Source: Thermoplasmata archaeon (GTDB lineage: Archaea; Thermoplasmatota; Thermoplasmata; GCA-020350865). From it: a DNA stretch of 64,000 bases. The translations under genes were made by a program, and so were the position numbers. This document shows, piece after piece, positions 58,519 to 64,000 of this stretch. The notes beneath the pieces were generated by a model. The model did not search any database, had not been told where the DNA came from, and worked only from the letters and a program-made list of their open reading frames with translations. The stretch spans positions 597,003 through 661,002 of the forward strand of contig CP070751.1 of the NCBI GenBank assembly GCA_020348445.1, given 5' to 3'. The first letter of the stretch is position 1, and each line of letters opens with the position of its first letter.

Positions 58519-60387
58519 ATGGCGAAGATAATTGGAATAGATCTTGGGACAACGAACTCGGAAGCGGCGCATATGGAAGGAGGCAGAGCTGTGATAATTC
58601 CCAGCGCAGAGGGTAGCACGTTCGGCGGAAAGATGTTTCCTTCGGTTATAGCCTTTACAAAGGAAGGGGAGAGACTGGTTGGCGAGCCTGCAAAAAGACA
58701 GGCGGTCCTCAATCCTGAAAGAACGATAACCAGGATAAAGCGGAAGATGGGTACAGACTACAAGGTAACAATCGATGATAGAACCTACACACCTCCTGAG
58801 ATATCTGCAATGATTCTGCAGAAGATAAAAAGGGATGCAGAATCCTATCTTGGTCAGGAGGTAAAGCAGGCTGTAATCACGGTTCCGGCATATTTTAACG
58901 ATAATCAGCGCCAGGCCACCAAAGACGCGGGTACGATTGCAGGCCTGGAGGTTCTCAGGATAATAAACGAGCCAACTACGGCTGCACTGGCCTATGGTCT
59001 TGATAAAAGCGAGGACCAGAAGATAGTGGTTTTGGATTTGGGTGGAGGAACATTCGATGTCACGATAATGGATATTGGTGAGGGTGTGTTCGAGGTATCC
59101 TCCACGGCAGGTGATACTCAGCTTGGCGGAACAGACATGGATGATAAGATCATCGAATACATGATTTTGGAGTTCAAAAGCAAGGAGGGAATCGACCTTT
59201 CTGACGACAGGTCAGTGCTTCAGAGGTTGAGGGATGCTGCCGAGAAGGCAAAAATCGAGCTTTCAAGTACAGTTACCACCACAATTAACTTACCCTTCAT
59301 AGCCTCCGATTCCTCTGGTCCAAAGCATCTTGAAATGAAACTGAGTCGGGCAAAGATGGAGGACCTAGTGGGACCGGTTCTTGCAAGATGTGAGGGGCCC
59401 ATAAAAAGAGCTTTTTCGGATGCGAAACTGGATTTTAAAGATATCGACAAGGTTATCCTGGTTGGTGGTCCAACAAGAATGCCCATTGTTAGGGAAAAGT
59501 TCGAAAAGATAATCGGGAAGAAGGCCGAAAGAGGAGTTGATCCCATGCAGTGCGTGGCAATGGGAGCAGCGATTCAGGGGGGTGTTCTGGCTGGCGAGGT
59601 AAAGGACCTCTTACTACTTGATGTCACACCACTTTCCTTGGGAGTGGAGACTTTAGGCGGGATAGCCACAAGGTTGATAGACAGGAATACGACGATACCC
59701 ACTAGAAGAAGTCAGATATTTTCCACAGCTGCTGATTTCCAGACTAACGTAGAGATTCACGTGTTTCAGGGTGAGAGGCAGATGGCCACAGACAATATCA
59801 GCCTTGGGAGATTCCATTTGACAGGTATACCGCCAGCACCAAGAGGTATTCCACAGGTGGAGGTCACTTTTGATATAGATGCCAACGGTATCGTGAATGT
59901 TTCGGCCAAGGATCTGGGTACAGGAAAGGAGCAGAGCATCACGATATCTGGCAGTACAAATCTCAGTCAGGATGAGATAGAAAAGAAGATCAAGGACGCC
60001 GAGAAGTACGCCGAGGAAGATAAAAAATATAAAGAGGCAATTGAAATAAAAAATCAGGCTGAAAGTCTGGTCTACAATGCCGAGAAGACCATAAAGGAAC
60101 ACGGGGACAAGGTAATTACCGAGGATAAAAAGGCAATGGAAAAGGCCATAGAGGAATTGAAGGAATCCATGAAGGGTGATGATGTCGCAAAGATCAAATC
60201 GGACATAGATAAGGTCCAGGAGGAGGTTCAGAAGATCGGGACCGCCATCTATCAAAAGGTGGCCCAGGAACAAGCAGAGAAGCAGGCAAAGGAGCAGGCG
60301 AGTGCCCCAGAGGAAGGTAAAAGTGAGGAAAAGGAGTACGTGGATGCCGATTATACCATTGAGGATGAGGACGAGGAGAAAAAGTAA
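58519..60387 (+). CDS. dnaK: Chaperone DnaK (Hsp70)
   Basis: [35 protein letters not shown]. Confidence 0.98.
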   Translation: MAKIIGIDLGTTNSEAAHMEGGRAVIIPSAEGSTFGGKMFPSVIAFTKEGERLVGEPAKRQAVLNPERTITRIKRKMGTDYKVTIDDRTYTPPEISAMILQKIKRDAESYLGQEVKQAVITVPAYFNDNQRQATKDAGTIAGLEVLRIINEPTTAALAYGLDKSEDQKIVVLDLGGGTFDVTIMDIGEGVFEVSSTAGDTQLGGTDMDDKIIEYMILEFKSKEGIDLSDDRSVLQRLRDAAEKAKIELSSTVTTTINLPFIASDSSGPKHLEMKLSRAKMEDLVGPVLARCEGPIKRAFSDAKLDFKDIDKVILVGGPTRMPIVREKFEKIIGKKAERGVDPMQCVAMGAAIQGGVLAGEVKDLLLLDVTPLSLGVETLGGIATRLIDRNTTIPTRRSQIFSTAADFQTNVEIHVFQGERQMATDNISLGRFHLTGIPPAPRGIPQVEVTFDIDANGIVNVSAKDLGTGKEQSITISGSTNLSQDEIEKKIKDAEKYAEEDKKYKEAIEIKNQAESLVYNAEKTIKEHGDKVITEDKKAMEKAIEELKESMKGDDVAKIKSDIDKVQEEVQKIGTAIYQKVAQEQAEKQAKEQASAPEEGKSEEKEYVDADYTIEDEDEEKK

Positions 60388-60502
60388 TAGACTCTTACAC
60401 CACAACTTTTTTTTAATGGTATTCTTTAACACCATTACATTGAGCAAATAAGTCGCTCGAATATGACCGGAATCTGAAAGGAGGTCACTCGGAGGTCCAA
60501 AA

Positions 60503-61627
60503 GTGACAAAGCGGGACTATTATGAAATTCTGGGTGTGGACAAGAACGCCACAAAAGATGCCATAAAAAAGGCCTACCGCAAACTCGCAAAGAAGTATCA
60601 CCCTGACATGAACAAGGAAAATCCAAAGCAAGCAGAGGAGAAGTTCAAGGAAATCTCAGAAGCCTATGGCGTTCTGGGTGATGAAACGAAGCGAAAACAA
60701 TATGATATGTACGGCCACGCAGGAATTGACAGTAGATACTCCCAAGAAGATATTTTCAGGACCATCAATTTCGAGGATATCTTCGGGGAGATGGGCTTTG
60801 GATTCGGTGGATTTGATAGTATATTTGACACTTTTTTTGGGGGGGCAAGATCCAGAAGGCGGGGCCCTGCAAGGGGTGAGCACATATTCTTCGATCTGGA
60901 GATCGATTTAAAGGAGGCGGCCTTCGGCACTAAAAAAACCATAAAGGTTCCAAGGTTAGAGAGCTGCAAAACCTGCAAGGGTAGCGGTGCCAAACCCGGC
61001 ACAAAACCTAAGCAATGTTCCTCCTGCAAGGGAACAGGCCAGATAAGGGATGTGAGAAGCAGCGGATTTGGCCAATTTGTAAGAATCATGCCATGCAGAA
61101 GTTGCAGAGGCTCGGGTGAGAAGATAGAGTATCCCTGCCCAGATTGCATGGGTAAGGGAATGAAACGAAAATACAGGAAGATAACGGTGGAAGTCCCAAA
61201 AGGTGTGGACGCAGGCAACAGGATAAGACTACCTGGAGAAGGGGAGGCCAGTGGGAGCGGAGGGCCACCTGGTGATCTGTTCGTTGTAATCCATATAAAC
61301 CCCGATGACATCTTTCAGAGGGAAGGAAACCATATTCTTTATGATGCAGAGATAACAATCGGCCAGGCAACACTAGGTGATGAGATAGAGGTCCCCACAT
61401 TGAAAGGAAAAGCCCAGTTGAAAATTCCAAAGGGTACCCAAACACATACAGTCTTCCGCCTTAAAGGCGAAGGAATCCCAGATGTTCACGGCAGGGGAAA
61501 AGGGGATGAGTACGTTAGGGTCATAGTAAAAACACCCACTAAACTCACAGAAAAACAGAGGCAGCTACTTTTGGAGTTCGAAGGCCTGGAAAAAGGCCCG
61601 AAAAAGAAGAAAGGACGGTTTTTTTAA
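60503..61627 (+). CDS. dnaJ: Chaperone DnaJ
   Basis: J domain with HPD; four CxxCxGxG motifs; GTG start. Confidence 0.97.
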   Translation: MTKRDYYEILGVDKNATKDAIKKAYRKLAKKYHPDMNKENPKQAEEKFKEISEAYGVLGDETKRKQYDMYGHAGIDSRYSQEDIFRTINFEDIFGEMGFGFGGFDSIFDTFFGGARSRRRGPARGEHIFFDLEIDLKEAAFGTKKTIKVPRLESCKTCKGSGAKPGTKPKQCSSCKGTGQIRDVRSSGFGQFVRIMPCRSCRGSGEKIEYPCPDCMGKGMKRKYRKITVEVPKGVDAGNRIRLPGEGEASGSGGPPGDLFVVIHINPDDIFQREGNHILYDAEITIGQATLGDEIEVPTLKGKAQLKIPKGTQTHTVFRLKGEGIPDVHGRGKGDEYVRVIVKTPTKLTEKQRQLLLEFEGLEKGPKKKKGRFF

Positions 61628-61652
61628 TCGGTATTAAAGGGTAAGATGGACC

Positions 61653-62078
61653 CTATTCGACCAATATCACGGATTTCAGGGCCCTTCCCTCAGGGCATTT
61701 TAACTCATCCTTTACTATTGATATTTTGTATTTCTTGTTGCTTTTATGGCCCAGTGAAAAGCAGATCTTGCGATGTTCACAACCCATGTTCAGGCACTCT
61801 TCTTTTTCGATGTTCACCATGGAACCTTCTATTGCATAATTGGAGTCAACAGTGGTTTCGATGGGTGCTTTCTTCAATTCTACGACCCTCACTCCACCTT
61901 CATGCATATTACATTCATGGTGTTTGTCCCTCACACTCACGATCTCGTATAGGGTCCCCTCCTCGAGATTGAAGCAAACAGTCTTTCTCTTGCAGTCCCT
62001 ACATTCCGGGATAGGACCGCGAAAGACGAAAGTAATGCCAACCTTGGCCTGGGTTTCTCCCACTAAGGTAACTACCAT
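61653..62078 (-). CDS. UPF0179 family archaeal protein
   Basis: VTLVGETQAKVG..F.G...CRDCKRKTVCFNLEEG; start 62078 behind GGAGGTGA. Confidence 0.85.
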   Translation of the reverse strand: MVVTLVGETQAKVGITFVFRGPIPECRDCKRKTVCFNLEEGTLYEIVSVRDKHHECNMHEGGVRVVELKKAPIETTVDSNYAIEGSMVNIEKEECLNMGCEHRKICFSLGHKSNKKYKISIVKDELKCPEGRALKSVILVE

Positions 62079-62098
62079 GAAATTCACCTCCGTATCTA

Positions 62099-63163
62099 TT
62101 AGATAACTTGTGTGATTCTCGCTAAATTTTCAGCTGCTTCATGGCTTAAGCCATTGTCTCCCAATATGGTGTACCTGTCCGGGCTGATCTTATGAGCATA
62201 TGTTAAAGCACGGACCACCTCGTCATCCCCCACTCCCAACCTCTTAGCAGTTGTTGGCGCGCCGATGTTAATTAACGCTTCCCTTATCTTCATCCAATCC
62301 CCGCCGTGAAGATACATCATCATAATCGCCCCAACACCGCACTGCTCTCCATGTAGAGCAGGTTTTTCGGCAATTTCATCCAAAGCATGTGAAAACTTAT
62401 GTTCTGAGCCACTTGCCGGTCGAGAGGAGCCAGCTATGCTCATTGCCACTCCTGAGGAAACAAGGGCCTTGGCCACATACCATGCAGAATCCTCAATACC
62501 TGGTTTTATCATATCTGAGTTGTCCAGCATGAACCTACCTGTGAGATCTGCCAGCATGGAGGCCGAGCTGGAGAATTCCTCGTTTTTAAGCCTCTGGGCC
62601 AGCTTCCAGTCCATGACAGCCGTTATATTTGCCACCACATCACCACAGCCGGCGGCAAGTAATCTATAGGGTGATTGTGCGATAATATTGGTATCAGCCA
62701 CAACTGCAAGGGGTGTTTGGGCTGTAAGAGATTTTCTCTTTCCATCCACGGAAATAGATGCTCTTCCCGAGACTATGCCATCATGTGATGCCGCTGTTGG
62801 GATGCTTAAAAACGGTATGTTACTCTCATGCGAAGCACATTTTGCAACATCGATGGGCCTTCCCCCTCCCACACCTAAAACGAAGTTTGCCTTCAATTCC
62901 TTGATTTGATCCTTCACTTGGGATATATTGTCGGAATTGGCATCAGTGATCATCATTTGATGAACATCGAGTCCATTGTCTGATAGAATCTGCTCCACCT
63001 TTTCACCGGCGATCTTTTTCGTTATCTCATCAGAGATAATTAACCCAGGTTTTTCCAAATGGAGCCGTATGCAAACATTACCCACCTCATTTATTACCTC
63101 ATGTCCTACCATGATTATTCTGGGTAACTCGGTGGTTTTTGACTTCGTGAAAGTCTCGTTCAT
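62099..63163 (-). CDS. egsA: sn-glycerol-1-phosphate dehydrogenase (archaeal lipid backbone)
   Basis: GVGGGRPIDVAK, PTAASHDG, SRPASGSEHKFSHALD, LHGEQCG, RYTILG. Confidence 0.95.
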   Translation of the reverse strand: MNETFTKSKTTELPRIIMVGHEVINEVGNVCIRLHLEKPGLIISDEITKKIAGEKVEQILSDNGLDVHQMMITDANSDNISQVKDQIKELKANFVLGVGGGRPIDVAKCASHESNIPFLSIPTAASHDGIVSGRASISVDGKRKSLTAQTPLAVVADTNIIAQSPYRLLAAGCGDVVANITAVMDWKLAQRLKNEEFSSSASMLADLTGRFMLDNSDMIKPGIEDSAWYVAKALVSSGVAMSIAGSSRPASGSEHKFSHALDEIAEKPALHGEQCGVGAIMMMYLHGGDWMKIREALINIGAPTTAKRLGVGDDEVVRALTYAHKISPDRYTILGDNGLSHEAAENLARITQVI

Positions 63164-63242
63164 TACAATTCGCCCCCAAACGAACAGAGAGGTTAATATA
63201 GGCCTTTTCCCTTTTCAAATTATCGGTTGACAAGGAGCGGAT

Positions 63243-64000
63243 ATGACTTTGGGGGATTTTAAAGCATTCTATAGGCGTTACGCCGGGAAATTAGGGCTTT
63301 TGGTGATTTTTGTCATTCTTATCATTCTCGTTCTTGGTTGCATTTTCGCACCCGAGATCTTCTGGGACAAATTCATATACAGGTACTATTGGGGTCCAGT
63401 TGAGGTGGATGCAAAAGAATCTGGTCCGATAATTCAATCAGACGGTTATGAGATAAACCAGGGTTACACCTTGGTTTCGGAGATCACCTATGGAATCGTG
63501 CTTATTTTGGCGTTATACGCCATCTATTGGCTTTTAAATCGCTTTAAGATACAAATCGATGTGAGGTTCGTTTTATCGGTCATGCCATATTTTTTCCTTG
63601 GGGGGACGCTACGTGTTTTGGAGGATGCAGAACTGTATAAAGAGCCCTATGTGTACCTTTTCATCTCACCTTTGATATACTTTGTAATTGCAATTGTTAT
63701 TCTCGTGCAACTATTTTCATCAGTTTATATCGCAAGAAAAAAGGAATATTCCCCCAAAATAAAATTGATATTTTCAGCTTTAATTTGGGTTATATTCGAT
63801 GTCATTTACGTTTTCATATATTTCTTTCATGAGGATGCTTTCAACTATGTGGTTCATCCCATAATGCCCATAATTCTTTCAGTTGTTGTATTCTCATATC
63901 TGGTTCTTCATACCAGAAGGAACCAGACATTTGATCCCTACTTATCCCTATTTCTATTTGGGTTATTCCTCTTGACTTTTTCAATATTCTTGATAATGCT
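63243..64000 (+). CDS. DUF63-like archaeal polytopic membrane protein, truncated by the window end
   Basis: Translated by hand from ATG 63243: MTLGDFK...GYTLVSEITYG...PYFFLGGTLRVLEDA...LFISPLIYF; no stop seen in the translated part. Confidence 0.7.
   Translation, partial: MTLGDFKAFYRRYAGKLGLLVIFVILIILVLGCIFAPEIFWDKFIYRYYWGPVEVDAKESGPIIQSDGYEINQGYTLVSEITYGIVLILALYAIYWLLNRFKIQIDVRFVLSVMPYFFLGGTLRVLEDAELYKEPYVYLFISPLIYFVIAIVILVQLFSSVYIARKKEYSPKIKLIFSALIWVIFDVIYVFIYFFHEDAFNYVVHPIMPIILSVVVFSYLVLHTRRNQTFDPYLSLFLFGLFLLTFSIFLIM

Overview
Archaeal chromosomal window. Archaeal origin is supported by egsA, UPF0179/DUF63 genes, GGTGA/GGAGG ribosome-binding sites and TATA-type promoters. The hsp20-grpE-dnaK-dnaJ cluster, a PEF-CTERM protein and the style of the surface proteins suggest an uncultured Thermoplasmata-type anaerobe (inference). 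Housekeeping and metabolic content: glmU/glmM, a tupABC tungstate transporter, a duplicated 2-oxoacid:ferredoxin oxidoreductase operon (delta-alpha-beta-gamma-gamma-alpha-beta), an amidohydrolase-MoaD-AOR-FeS operon, tldD/pmbA, tRNA-Ile(GAT), two GT4 enzymes plus a flippase, chaperones and egsA. There are also many large surface proteins. Most interesting observations: (1) an array directly behind tRNA-Ile containing two hairpins of about 65 nt that are capped by the tRNA's own acceptor stem and show three compensatory base-pair changes, plus 39-bp repeats of the tRNA 3' end; (2) a wHTH - KaiC ATPase - 2053-aa protein operon, where the giant protein runs inactive KaiC, TPR, Zn ribbons, (L/I)TNG repeats, TM, FG-GAP propeller and PEF-CTERM; (3) three copies of the korB 3' end that delimit a beta-helix adhesin cassette and a type IV toxin-antitoxin-like cassette; (4) a long KamA-family enzyme with Lys/Asn at the lysine-binding Asp positions (glutamate 2,3-aminomutase signature) behind a highly structured leader and a small upstream ORF. 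All family assignments come from motif recognition by eye; no searches or folding programs were run.
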